Of a DNA stretch of 64,000 bases, positions 40,953 through 61,150 are shown in pieces (the stretch's first letter is position 1; the number at the start of each line of letters is the position of its first letter). The notes beneath the pieces are model-generated. The model saw only the letters and a program-made list of their open reading frames with translations. It was not told the origin of the DNA and did not search any database. The DNA is taken from positions 496,001 through 560,000 of the forward strand of contig NOWV01000021.1 of NCBI GenBank assembly GCA_003344405.1, in the 5' to 3' direction. Position numbers and translations under genes: made by a program. Origin of the DNA: Trichoplax sp. H2 (taxonomy: Eukaryota).

Positions 40953-43900
40953 ATGGATGCGGAAGAAATTATTAAAAATGTATTTTCCTTTCTTCGTACA
41001 CCTATTTGGATGGTACCAGTGCTCACCTTTCTAGAGCAAAATTGTATACGTAAGTGGTTCTCTACGCCATTTATGATTGCCTTGTTTGAATTGCTTTCGA
41101 ACGCTTTCTTGCATCATTACTAACTCGAAACCGATGAAAAGAGAATAGAATTCTTGTCAGCTTTTTTCATGACTGTATTGATGGTTTTCCAACTCAGTCA
41201 AGAAGTGTTAAAATGACTTTTAAAATTGAATGTAAGAATGGGAAATTTCTCCCTCTACTTTGATTGGAAAACACTCTTGGATGAATGGCGTTGTGATGTC
41301 CTATTTTACATTCACAAGATAGTTGTTCGCCATTTCGTCTTCTTTCTTAAAATAACTATTTACTAACGCTTATGCTGATTTTGCAATCATTTCCTAAAGG
41401 TAATGGAGACCTTTAGAATCATTATTGCCAACTATTTTATCCATATTTAACACTATTTAGATGGTACCTTTCAACTTCTTCCAGGCTTATTATGCATGAC
41501 TTTTATCTTCATTTATAAATTCTAACTACAGTACAGGCGATAGACTTCTCTTGTCTTGCATCCCATCATCCTTTCTCACTATTTTATGCTCATTGGAAAA
41601 TGATAGACGTTTTCTCTTCTTTTCGATATTTTTAGTTATCTTCGTTCTGTTTTAGTAGAGACGATGACTATTTTTATCTAGTTACAGTGCCATAAGCTTT
41701 CATTATCCATTTTCTACACTGTTTTATCAAAGATCGCTGGAGGCTTGTTGTACTGTCGTATCATCCATCACTATCGTTTTATGTGATACGATAACTATTT
41801 CTACTTCTTATAATTCTACATTATTTCACAAAAATAGGATAGACACTCTTCGTTTTTATTACGATAGGCAGTTTTCGTCTTGTAATAGGCTATTGATTTT
41901 TAGCCTTTATCTTGATTTTAAATCGTCTGTCGATGACGATGGACTCTTTTCGTCTTAGTCGTATTTATTACGATTTTGCATGCCTTACAGAAAGGTAATA
42001 AACACCTTTCGTCTTGTAGAATATCTCCATGTGTCGTTTAATATCATGTTACATGGGAAGACGATGAATATTTTTCATTTAGTAGAATAGCTCCATGTAT
42101 CGTTTATTATTATCATGTTGCATCGGAAAACGATGAATATCTTTCGTCTTATAGCAGGATATTTCTTGACAGCTTTTCACAATCCACTTGCATCATCTAA
42201 CGAAAGGTGATCAAGATAGTTGATTTTGTTGGATATTTCTACCCTTTATTTTATATCGTTTAAACACAAATAAGATTGTTCTATAGGGTATTTCTACCCT
42301 TCATTTTATATTGTTTGACGATCCTACAAGATTGTCTTACCGAATATTTCTACCCTTTATTTGTATCATTTGACGATTTCATAAGACTGTCTTATTGAAT
42401 ATTTTTACCCGTCACTTGTATCATTCTACAATTCCATAAGGCTATCTTACTGAATATTTCTACTCGTCATTTGTATCATTTGGCGATACCACAAGACTGT
42501 CTTATTGAATATTTCTACTCATCATTTGTATCACTCTTATTCAATATTTCTACCCCAATTTGTATCTTTGGATGACTCCATACAACTGTCTCACTGAATA
42601 TTGCGGCCTTTCACTTTCATCATTTAACGATTGCAGAAGGCTGGTATGGTTGTCTTGTGGAATATTTCCACCCTTGATTTTATATCGATTGACAATCGGA
42701 TAAGACCATTTGTTTTTTCTTGCAGATTTCTACACTTCATTAGTATTTCTTGACGATTCCATCAGACTGGTTGTCTTGTGAAATAGGTCTACCATTCATT
42801 TGTATCATTTGACAATTCCAAAACTGGAATACTTTTATCCCTTTCTTGTACCATAGGACGATTCCACAAGACTGTCTGTTTGTGAATACTTCTGCCCTTC
42901 ATTTGTATCGTTGGACAATTCCATAGGACTGGCCATCTTGTGGAATAGTTCTACCTTTCATTTGTATCATTTAACGATTCTATAATTTTTTTATCTCACT
43001 TGACGATCAATAAAATTGTTTATCTTGTTGGACATTTCTACCCTTCATTTTCTATCCTTTAACGCGAAACACGCTTGATCTTGATGGCAGGATATTTGCG
43101 TCCTTCATCATTCCTTAGCATTGCCTGACAATAAGCACCTATAGACATTCTTTGCCTATCGTCTAGCGATAAACCCCTTTCCTTATACTATCAGATATAG
43201 ACGGATTTCTATCCTTGCATTTTCCATTCCTTACCGAAAAGCGACAGACTACTTTGGCCTCGCTTAGCACTACCCTTCCTTTGCCTTGATGGAAGGTTAT
43301 TCATGCCTTGTAACCTTTTTCATAATTTTCAGTATTTTTCACACATGGATCCCTTTTGTCGTGTTGTAGGATACAATATCACTTGAACGATCATTTTTCT
43401 TTACTATTTTGTAAGACAAGAACACATTACAACTGTAGTCATTTTATACGATCATAATAAATAATTATCGATTACTTGAAAAAGATGGCTTGCAATACTA
43501 GTCTGAAAGAGTTATTACCCATCTATTTCCTGCGAAAGGAAAATGAAGACAATAATAATAGCCATCTTGAATTTCAGGTATTGTTATTATATCCCATTCG
43601 TTCTCATCATTGAAGGTAGAAAATCTCCTTGAACAATTCAACATGTTATGCTTAGAGTAACATCTAGGATATTATTCTATCGCATAGAAGTTAATAGACA
43701 ATTCCATTGATTTCCATGCCATACCCTAATTACTTCCCCCGTCCTCTGCAATCCACACTTTCCATAAATAAAGTAGCAGAATAGACTAAGTATCGAGTAA
43801 AAGAAAGCGAATTTCTCCCTTCCCCTATAGAGATGAAAGCTTTGCCATTTCTTTACATCTATTTCTCATACCAGATATGGAATTCAATAAGTTGATGATA

Positions 43901-46900
43901 TTCATGGCGATATGAGAAACTCTTTTCAAAGACTATTTATCAAGCTAATTATATAATTATTGAATCGAATGATTTGAAGGTGATTTTGATGGCGATATCG
44001 AGAAATTGTTTTTCACCTATTCCTCATCCTAAATATTCAATCACATGAATTGAAAATAATTTCTATGAGGAAATGGAGAAATTCTTTTCGTATAAATAAA
44101 TTTTTATGACGAAATGGAGAATTCTTTTGAGATCACTTTGCAAGCTAAATACGAATAGTAATAAATCAAATGAAATTGAAAATGATTTTCACGACCATAC
44201 CGCAAAATTTGTTTTACAAACTTCCCATATTCAACACAGAATCCAATGAATTGAAAATGATTTTCATGAAGAAATGGAGAAATTCTTTCCACATACCTTT
44301 CAATCTAAATATTAAATCAAAGGAATTGAAAATGACTTTCATGAAGAAATGGAGAAATTCATTCCTATTGCTAAATATCCAATTCAATGAATTAAATACG
44401 ACTTTCATGGCGATATCGAGAAAATATTATATTTAGATACCTAACCCATTTCTCATGCTAAGTATATCGAATTCAGTTCATTGAAAACAACTTTTATGGT
44501 GGTATTGAGAAATTGCTATCAGATTGCAGACCTACTGCATTTCTGTTGCTAAATATCCGATTCATTTTATGGCGATATTGAGAAATTGCTATCAGATAGT
44601 TGACTTATTTCTATTGCTAAATATGCAATCCATAAATTGAAGATGACTTTTATGGCGATATCGAGAAATTGTTTTCAAATAATTGACCTATTCCTATAGT
44701 TAATATATCCAATTCAGTGAAATGAAAGGCGACTCTCATGGCAACGACGAGAATTTATTTTCAGATAGTTAAACTATTTCTATATGCTAAATATCCAATC
44801 CAATGAATTGAAGATAACTTGACGATGTCGAGAAATTCTTTTTCACTTTTATCTCGTGCTTAATATTGATCTATCGAAAATGACTTTCATGATAATATAA
44901 TAGAAATTGCACAACTACAACTCCGACTCTAAAACGTTTTATTGATACATTCTAGTCTTTAATCCCACGGATGAAAACCAAGAACAATCCCATCTCGAAT
45001 TACACAGTCGATACAAACATTTGGTAAGTTTCTTCTCTATTGACTTACGCCATAAATACACGCAAGAATTTACTTTCAATTACTTTCATTTACATTACGA
45101 CAGTTGGACAAGTTTTGAATGTAATCCCTTGATCATATCAGGCTTAATCACATAGTTATCAATATCTTGAAGAGAATATCTAATAGGATTCCTCAATCCA
45201 ACAGTTAATAAAGTCTTCTATGCAATCTTTCATAATAAGATTATTCCTGAATCGAATAGTTAAAAAATCTTGATGGTAAATATCCTGGTCAAATCACGAT
45301 GATTGCTTAATGTAGCAATAGCCAAAATCTTGAAGGCAAAGTCTAATGGGATTTCTCTATCCAACAGTTAATAAAGCCTTGAATGCAATTTGCCTAGTTA
45401 AGATAATTCCTTAATCGAATAGTTGCAATATCCTACTCAAATCAAGATAGTGCCTTCAGCCAACAGTTGCTAAAATCTTGACGGCGATAACGAATACGAC
45501 AAATCAAATGATTCCACAATCGAATAGTTGATAACATCCAGAATGCAATTTGTCAAATGAAGATATTTCCTTCATCTAATAGTTAAAAAATTCATGACAA
45601 TATCCCAGTCAAATGAAGATCATTTCTCAATCAAATAGTTGAAAGAGTCTTAAATACAATATACCAGTCAAATCAAGATGATTCCTTAATCCGGTAAATT
45701 GAAAAAGCCTTTAAGGCAATATCCGAAGTGTCAAATCAAAAGAATTTCTTAATTCAACAGTTGCAAAACTCTTAAATGCAATATCTAATGTGTCGAATGG
45801 AGATGATTCGCTCAAAGTCCGTTTTGGACGGGAGGGATTTGTAGTTTTTATTTGCCTTATTAATACGGTAGACCAATAGATGGACAGTAATAAATTATTC
45901 GATACAAGCTTATCCCTTATTAATTTGTACTCTTTCCATTCCTTAGAGGAAAAAAATTTTTTAAATAAATATGAATGGATATCTCTGCTATCTTTATAAA
46001 GCATATTAATCTGGTCTATTCCAAGCCTTCCAATCTTATAACAATCATAATATTGGCTACGGAATAAATAAATTCAAAACCATCACCATTTTGTCTATTC
46101 CAAGATTCTCTACCTTACCATCATAATATTGATCGTATAAAATCTTCTAAAAGCATATCGATCCTGTTTACTCCAAGGCTTTCCATCTTACCACAATCAT
46201 GATATCGGCTGTAGGATAATGAATACCTTTCAAAACCACCTCTATCGTGTCTATTCCAAGATTTTCTGTCTTACCATCATGATATTGATAGCAGAATACC
46301 TCTTAAAAGCATGTCGATCTTGTCTATTCCAGGACTTTCCATCTGACTACAATCATAATATTGACTGTAGGATAAATGGGATCTTCTAAAAGCAATCCTG
46401 TCTAGTCTACAGTACAGTATAACTCGATTTTTTGCCTTCATGATATGAACTGTAGAATTGATGAAACTCTTATAAAAAGTATCTTGATCTTGTCTAGGTA
46501 TCTTATATCATAACATTATTTTTTTAAAAGGTCGACGCACTACTAAAGAGCTTTTTGGAAGATATCCATGTACAAGAAGAGCAATTTGTACAAGCGTGCA
46601 GCTCACCATTGGCACAAGCTAATATACCAAAGGTAATTGAGAAAGTTTAACCTAGGGAAATTCAATTAGACTTCTTCCTAGTCATACCGCTAATATTGTC
46701 ATATATACGAACCGCTAATAAAGAAATAGATAGCCTGCCATGACTTGTTAGCAAGTTCTACTCTTTCATAGTAGCACATTATCTACCCTATTTACTTTCA
46801 TTCCTAAACAATTTCTTTATCCTTTGCTTTGAAAAATGCATCATGTACTTTTCTTTTTTCAACTACCGTTTTCTTTCCTAAAACGACGATAGCATCGTAG

Positions 46901-49900
46901 ATCGCTAGTCGATCTTTCTTTAGCCATTCTATAGCAGTCTTTCTTAACACTTGAAAGTAGTTGTCAAGTTTACGCGATAGATCGACAATGAAATAGAAAC
47001 GAGTAATTATAGTTGAGAAATTATTATTATATTATGCGTATATTAACCAGTCTTCAATTGTGAGAATTGCAATTGTATGCAAGCACAACAAGGCTATCAA
47101 CATTCATCAAGCAGCTAGTCTTGTATTCCTATTGAATTTCAAAGAGTAATATTGACTTGGAATTGAGTTGTTCTTTTCATCATCCTGCGTGTAATTAATA
47201 ATTCAAAGTTAAATTAACGCAGGTGTAATCTAATTTTTCCTAGAGCAGCGATGAAAATTAGTACTAAATACCGATTTGATCATCTTATTTTAATCATCTT
47301 AGAGCTAAAAAATTAAAGATTATACTAATATGGTTACAATATAAAGCTTATTAACAGGAAAGTCGACAAAAAATTCAGGATAAATGCTATTAATTGCCCT
47401 ATAAATTTAAAAAAATAGAGATTACATTAATGTAGTTACAATATAAAGTTTGATAAAAGAAAAAGAAGGCAAAAATATTTGGGATAAATGTTATTAATCA
47501 TCATATAATTAACAACTAGAGATAAATTAATTTAGTTGCAATTCAAATTTTACCAACAGGAATCAGTTAAAGCTAGAAATTTATATTAATAGTTACAGTT
47601 CAAGTTGCCAACAGAAAAGATGATGAAAAATTCTAGATTAATGTTACTAATTATGATATAATTAAAAAATTAAGAGTTTAGGTACTAGTATTAATATAGC
47701 TATAATTCAAATTTAACCATCAGGAAAGGAGGGTGATGATGACAAATCCAAGATAAATATTTAAGGCTAGAGATTGTGTTATTATGTATATAGTTACAAA
47801 TCGAATTTTACCAACGAGAAGGATAATAAAAAATGAACAGTCATTTAAGCCTAGAGACTATACTAAATTACTATCCTAGAATTGAAAACTACAGATTGTA
47901 TTAATGGAGTAGCAATTCAAATTTTACAAGCAATAAAATAATGAAAAATTAACGATAAATTTTAATCATTGTAGACTTTAAAAACTAGAAATTATACAAT
48001 ATTAATAAGTCGCAGTTTCAAGTTTATAATAAGAAAGATGAAAAATATTAATCATCGCATAATTATAGCTACAATTCAATTCTCGAAGAGAAATAAAACA
48101 AGTAAATGACAATGAATAATCTTAACGTGATGGAAATTAAACATTAATATTAGCTTCAATTCAATTTTCACCAACAGGAGATGCTTCGACAAATCTGGGC
48201 TGCTGATAATTACGAAATATTTAAGCAAATAATGGTACAAAAAAATATTGAATTACAAGTTCAAGCACTGCGATTAATGCAACAACGTTTCGGACTTGGT
48301 CCACCTATAGCTTCTGACAATTTACCTGCATCAACTACCGAAGCTGCTTCTAGTCCATATGATCCTGAAGAAGATGTTAATGAGGAAGAAGTATTACTAC
48401 GCCAAGTAATTCGTTTATCATTAGATGAATTTAGAAGATCGGAATCGGAAGACTACTCTACCGAATTAGACGATGCCATTAAATCATCTAGGAAAGAAAG
48501 TGAAAGACTGCTTGAAGAAGCACGCCGAGAACAAGAAGAGTTAGAGAAAGCTTTATTACTGTCAATGAAAAATTTTGTTAATGAAGATTCATCAGACCCG
48601 AATGCTTCCAAAAAATTGCCTGGATTGAATACTTCGCCGGCTAAAGTTAAACCAAGCAGTAAAGCTATTCCTCAAATTGTTAATACGGCTTCAGATTTGA
48701 GCCCAATCGACACTAAATCTCTTCCAAAACTGCAATTAGGAAAAGTAAGTTATTGATGTTAATTACGTCTGATACACGCATCGTATTACTTAATTTAACA
48801 GAATAACTATATGTAAGTAGATTACTGTAAACGAAATGTCCATAGCTAATGCCGTACAGCATAATAATTATCATGAATTTTTAAATGATGTCATGGAATA
48901 TAATGAACTAATACCGCGTCAGAATTACATAACCATTGAGGAGAAAATTCTCCTTTACACTCTAAATATGACCGAATAGACGATCTAGGGGTTAGGATAC
49001 AACGGTTTAAATATTACATTTCGCATAATCTGCAAATGATAATATTTCTATAATAATCTAATGATATCTGGTAAAATATTGGTATTTAAAAGGTAGTATA
49101 GATATAAGAAGTTATCCATTTTAAAGATCATACAACCCTTTAAGTAAGATTTCAAGTAATTAAATTAAGCGTAAAAGTGATGATGCTATCGATAGTTGTA
49201 TCCGCTAAAGTCGCCAAATGGTGACATAATAGAATATAACATCAAAATGATATTATATCATGCTAATTAATATTTAGCTACTAAATACCAATACTTGAAT
49301 TACATCTAATCGCTACGTAATATTTCTATGATAGTTTTATTACATGGAAAGTATCATTCTAGAAAGCTATACAGTAACTAACAAGTATCTCTCTTACTCT
49401 TGATTAAGATTTGAACCATTTAAGAGAATAAAAGACATTGCTTAACTTCATCCCCTGTATAAGATATGTACGATAGTTCAACAAAATTATATTGTTCTAA
49501 TATCTTAGCCACTAAATTCCAATAATTTCTAATCGTTATGCAATGTTTTCGTAACAGTTGTATTACGTAAAGCTACGCGGTCAACAAATATTTATTTTAT
49601 TGTTAATTAAGTTGTTAGAATCAATCAAGAGAATAAATTATCCTTCTTTTTTTCCTGTTTTCAAAAGGCAACTGAACCAGATCGAAATACGGATGCCGGT
49701 GCACAATGGTTAGCTAATGCTAAAGCTGAAGCCCAATCTATGGATAAAAATAAGGACACCATCGCCGGTAGCGATGATGGTGATGACATTGGTAAGCGTC
49801 GTGATTATTTCGCTCTTCAAAGAGATCGATTAGTCGCTAAAAAGAAAGCTGAAAGAGAGAAAAAATTAGATGAATTTACTAAAGACAGTAATGGAGGACA

Positions 49901-50075
49901 AGCGACACGACCTAAATCAGCGCGGGTTGCACGCCAAGCTATTTCTACTGGGAAAGTTACACAAAATCAAGCAGCTAGCAATTCGAGTGTCAACAAGGAT
50001 AATAACTTAGCTATGCGCGTTGCTCTAGCACAACGTTTGAAGAAAGAAGTCATTGATAAATCTTCTACCCAATAG
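40953..50075 (+). CDS. CFAP36: Cilia- and flagella-associated protein 36 (CCDC104, BART-like ARL3 effector), ~413 aa, 5 coding exons
   Basis: Exons 40953-41049, 44956-45023, 46531-46632, 48178-48744, 49668-50075; motifs FLRTPIWMVPVLTFLEQNC, FVQACSSPLA, AADNYEIFKQIMVQKNIELQVQALRLMQ, RRDYFALQRDRLVAKKKAEREK, LAQRLKKEVI. An upstream exon may exist (AG at 40949-40950). Confidence 0.92.
42230..43060. repeat. Degenerate ~55-bp minisatellite in CFAP36 intron 1
   Basis: Recurrent gaatatttctacccttcatttgtatcatttgacgattccataagactgtctt. Confidence 0.85.
43880..44905. repeat. Degenerate tandem array in CFAP36 intron 1
   Basis: Recurrent aatgaattgaaaatga.tttcatg(gcgatatcg|aagaaatgg)agaaatt. Confidence 0.85.
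45120..45815. repeat. Degenerate ~58-bp minisatellite in CFAP36 intron 2
   Basis: Recurrent ttccttaatc.aa.agtt....aatcttga..gcaatatc..gtcaaatcaagat. Confidence 0.8.
46005..46530. repeat. Degenerate ~62-bp minisatellite ending at the exon 3 acceptor
   Basis: Recurrent tgtctattccaag...ccatcat.atattga...taaaagcat.tcgatc. Confidence 0.8.
47300..48177. repeat. Degenerate tandem array ending at the exon 4 acceptor
   Basis: Recurrent ttaatatagttacaattcaaattttaccaacagga... Confidence 0.8.
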
Positions 50076-53000
50076 CTTTATTTATTTCTACCGTTATTCC
50101 TATGTATTCTTCTCTTAATGACTATCCACTTCATCTTCACAAATCTGACAAGTGACAATAAGATAATAATAATTTATATGTAATCACTTCTATTCTATAT
50201 TAAATATGTAAAAAGTTGATCATCTTGCCTTAACATATCTATCGCTACCTGATAAAGACGAATATTGGATAATTAATTTAAAACTTTCAATTTTTTCATA
50301 CATTCATAGTTTTCTATGCTCCTTTGTATTACAGCATTCTAATAAAAATGAACAGAGAGTTGAAGATATCACTGTGATAGATATGAAATAGTGTGTATTA
50401 TTGCATATAGCACCGGCAAGTTCATGATTTAAATCTGCTATAGAGGAATTTGTTGGAATACCTTATTTTACCAATTTAAGAGCAATATGCTTATAAGGTG
50501 ACACAGCTTCGGCATGATTTTATCAATATCTTTCCCCATCTTGTTTAACGCTTGCTCTTAATGTTTCAGTCAAGACTACATAGATTAGATTGCATAACAG
50601 CTTAATTACGCTATCATACCGTTATTCACGGTAGCACCGCAAATATTACAGACAGTGTTATCCATGCTAATCGATCAATATATTCACTTGGGTGATTGTA
50701 TACGCATAACATAACATACATACATTCCGTGTTGTCAAGCTAATAAGATTTTAACAATAGTTGACAATTACAGCTTGTTATAGGCTAAAAATTTCCAAAC
50801 TTGGAAATTGTATTAAGGTTTCTTTTACCTTTTATTATATATGTATAAGAAATTGGAATACCAACCAGTTAGTGTTCCGATACTAGATTGAATTGGGATA
50901 AAGCAGAGTAAGACTTTCACCTGCTAGAAAATCACAATCTAGTGCATTATTAACTATCAGATTAAGCCTATAATAGGTTTTGAAACTCTGAACTTGTCAT
51001 ACAAGTCATTTCAACTTTAATAATTAGCCAATTTAACGTACTATGATAGCGGGTAGCATTGAATTATAAATATCCTTTTATCACATGATTTTATTTCAGA
51101 ATAATTTAATTCGATCCTTTTATAAAACTTACTACTGCTGTAAAATAAGATAATATCTAATCATTATTACAAGTGATATGGAATAAATGTGGCGTAGTGT
51201 ATAGTCTTATGATACCGGATAGCTTGCTGCTATGTAGATTTACTCCAGGTCGATTTAATTCGATCAATTCAAAAGCTTACTGGGTTAGTGATCGTAAAAT
51301 AAGATCCAAATTATGATGGCAGTAGCGTAAGATAAATGTTAAAAGGTGATGTAGTTCAAGATACTCTAGCAAATTTTTTTAGCGACATCTACTATATGGT
51401 TAATCCGCGCTAAGTATTAAAAATTAAGAATGCCTGTAAATTGACGCTTTTAGCTAATTGCAATTATTGCCATTTTCCGTAGTTATTTTAAACTAGTATA
51501 TCTGAAACGAGTAGAAATAGAATCAAAGAACAAAGACAAGCATCATAAAGACTCTATGAGAGAAAAATCGGCATACATCTTAAGCACAACATATGAGCGT
51601 ACCCTAAAAATAGATTCATGGTACAAAGACAGGCGTAATACCATTTAAACCCCTTATGGGAAAGAAAGATCAGTATAACTTGATTTCAATATTTACATCA
51701 CTTTGATTTAGATTATCATAATACAATAGCAAAGGCATAAGATAGTATTTTAACTAGATCGGAATGCAATAGGCATGTCATAATCATAATAATAATTAGG
51801 TATCAAAATGAATCGTCTATCCTATAACATCTGTATCTAGGAGAAAGTCAATTTTAACTAATTTTATAATAGATCAAATTCTCTTTTAATTAATTATTTA
51901 ATATTAGGCTGCCATGGTTGTAGTATACCAGTAACGCTTTGAAAAGTATAATATTGCGTAGTAATTTGAAAGAAAATTGAATATTATAGCTATTCTTATT
52001 TTACATTTACGTTTTTATTTAACTAAAGTTCAATTTAGATTGATAAGTTTCTCACGTTACGATTCTTGAATAACCTGCTGTTTTGAAAATATTATAATTA
52101 TAACAAATAAATCAACAATTATATTATCAAGCAACAACGAAACAGTAAAGTGGATTTACATTGATTGCTGCCTATTTCCATTGTGGTCAATACATAGATA
52201 TTGTATCGGATACAGTAAACATAGATGCATAATATTCATTAGATTTATATTTTAGACAAAAAACTATCTATTATTCGGAGCTAAATTGTACTCTAAATAT
52301 ATTAAATATGTAATATTACTGCTTGATTAAATAAATTACGAAATCTATCTCTGCCAATCAAAAAATGGACTAGTCAGAAAATATATTAAGTAATACAAGA
52401 CAGTAACAAAGTAATTTTTCCTATTTCCAACAGAAACCAATACCCTATAACTTATTGAGTATTATATTAGTAGCTGAGCTAACATATCAATTTAGATATT
52501 AAAATACTATAATGCTTTTATTAGTTATGAAATGAAGACTATATCATAATTTAATTAGGTGTATTGTTTTAGAAAGAAATTTACTTCTAATAGTCTCGAC
52601 ATACTATAAGAATCATATAGTATTTCTTATAAAAAATCAATAATATTAAAACTGCTTTTAAAATGTATAGATACCGTATTATATTTTAACAAATTTATGA
52701 GGTTGATAATTCATATATCCGGTACACTTGAAAGAAGATCGTGTAATATTTTGTCGGAGGATATCAGTGTTGTCTAACTGTAAATACGTGTATTTAAAAA
52801 TATGCCAATAAAGTCATACGATTTACAACTAGGTGATCTTTTCATAAATGTAATCCATTATTATCTAATCACTTAATAACGCAAAATAATACTTGTTTGC
52901 CAGATTTCAGAGAGTAAAGAAAATGTTTTGTCGCCAGTTGAATTTATTTATAACTATAGCAGTTGTTACTTAATGGTTCTATCGATAGGGTAACGTGTAT

Positions 53001-54847
53001 TTCGTAGCAGGGATTCAAGGATTAAAAGATATTTATCCAAGTCAAAATTATCTTTAACTAGGATAGTTGTTAGTGATTTAATAATTTATATAATTAAATC
53101 AGTTCACAAGAATTGCCATTTAGCTAGTACAGTTATCTATTAAATTATGTTAATGACACACGGAAATAATATTCGGCAACTAATGATATTAACCACGTGA
53201 ATACGTATGCACTTGTTTATTCATTTTCTGATGCTCTAACCATATATACCATTGACACTAGCGTCTATCATAAGTACCGTCATGGTCTTTTTTAATAGTC
53301 TATGGTACCGTAAATCAATTAAAATTATTATACATGCAATAATAGCTTTTATCGTGGTGTATAGTGTACAAGCGAGAAATTGCCAACACCAAAGATGAGT
53401 GAGTTCTATTGCTATCTTGAGACCTACAATAAAACTACTTCATTCAAACAATCTTAATTATCTTAGACTACGATTAATATAATTAGTAGTGTTCCATACC
53501 CGATTGGTATTTTTGTTTGCAAATTTAATAAAAAAGAAATGATTTCCCCATTCTATTAATATTACTATTATTAATGATAATTACCATCATCGCCAGTAAG
53601 CAAGGAGAGATATTATTCTTAAAATACGATTTGATAAAAATAGATAATTCTTGGCTCCGTAATTTAAAATCAGTAAAGTACCTAATAGAGACTTTATCCG
53701 GTTTTTATTTCTAGGCAATCCAAATTAAATTGGTATCGACTATTACAGTATTGATGTACATCGCTGTTAATAATTAGCTAACCGTAACATCCGTAAAACA
53801 AACATTTATAATTAAGTAGAAATATATCTAATGCCTATAGGCAAGTAAAAATGATTTTCCATTAACTGGTAGTCAATATTTAATAGATGTAAACGTACTG
53901 CACATTTCAATGTACAGAAATGATCATACGGGTATAATACGTATCTAATAGCGTTATCATATCAGCATATTTCAAATGATTAGGTTGTCCTATTCAGTGG
54001 AATACTTATAATTCCAACAGTCTACAGAGAAGGCATTAAAGACATTCAGCTAAGCAGCAAATAATAACAACATTTCGTCAAGTAAAATTGTTCCAATAAG
54101 CCTGTCTTCCTTGACTATATTGACATATCATTGTTGCGACTGAGTCATTGACTTTATAGACTTAAAATTTATAATATACAACAGAATAAGAAGTTTTTAC
54201 CACCAATAAAAAAGGTTACAAGAAAACAACACCAGTTGATTATTTAGTGTTGTTTAAAATGGCGTTAAAATTACAACTACTTCGTTCATTTACAGTGTGC
54301 GATGTCAAGATTTATCAACCGAAAAGAAACGGCAAGATGCAAGAATTCAATGTCATTTTACAATCTAGTCAATTAACAGAATTGTAAATGCTATTTGCAG
54401 GTATTACATAAACTTACACTATTTACAGTAAAATATACTTTATATAACTTTCTCAAGTAAATGATAGGACCAATTTTTTGCAATTTTTAAAGATTCCTGA
54501 AATGAGATTTACAATTGATATAGAATTTAAATTTTTTCTTACATGGACAAGAAGAGACTTGCAGCGCCTAGCTTACTTTTCAATTACAATAACAAAATAC
54601 GAAATAACTTACAAATTTTTAGGAACAGCTAACTACAAATGAATTTTACCATTCTTTTGTCATTATAAACAGTTTCATAGACAAGCGACGATCATTATTA
54701 TCCGGAATATACATAAAATTTTATGTGATATTTATACACAATAAACAAAACTGAAATAACCAAAGCAAAATGAGCAGGATTCGTTGTAAAAGTTGATCAC
54801 TTCAAATATTTTGAATTCATTCATGTATGTTAAATTTTCATTCTAAA

Positions 54848-60862
<6,015 letters not shown>

Positions 60863-61150
60863 ACTTTGATGCCCACTCTCTACCTTTACCGTACAGATCG
60901 ACTCTTTGCCAAACACATCGTCTTCAATTGTAAATTAAAAAGCGCCAGTGGCCTCTTACAGTGCATATTGCACAGTACAAGAAGTATGGCTGTAAAATAC
61001 ACTCTACACTTGCACAATGCAACGCATTAGGCGCTCGTGGCCACCCGTACACTGTACAGGACAGTATAGTTACTGTTCGGTTATGTCCTACTAGAGCAGT
61101 ACACGACACTACAGTCGATTGTACTGTAGTGTAAATAACAAGTTCCATGT

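Noticed and set aside
44104..46004. ORFs at 44104-44436 and 45711-46004
   Set aside because: They arise from intronic minisatellite or AT-rich sequence of CFAP36
50076..54847. Additional gene in the 4.8-kb convergent interval
   Set aside because: No exon chain or ORF found; most likely 3' UTRs and intergenic DNA
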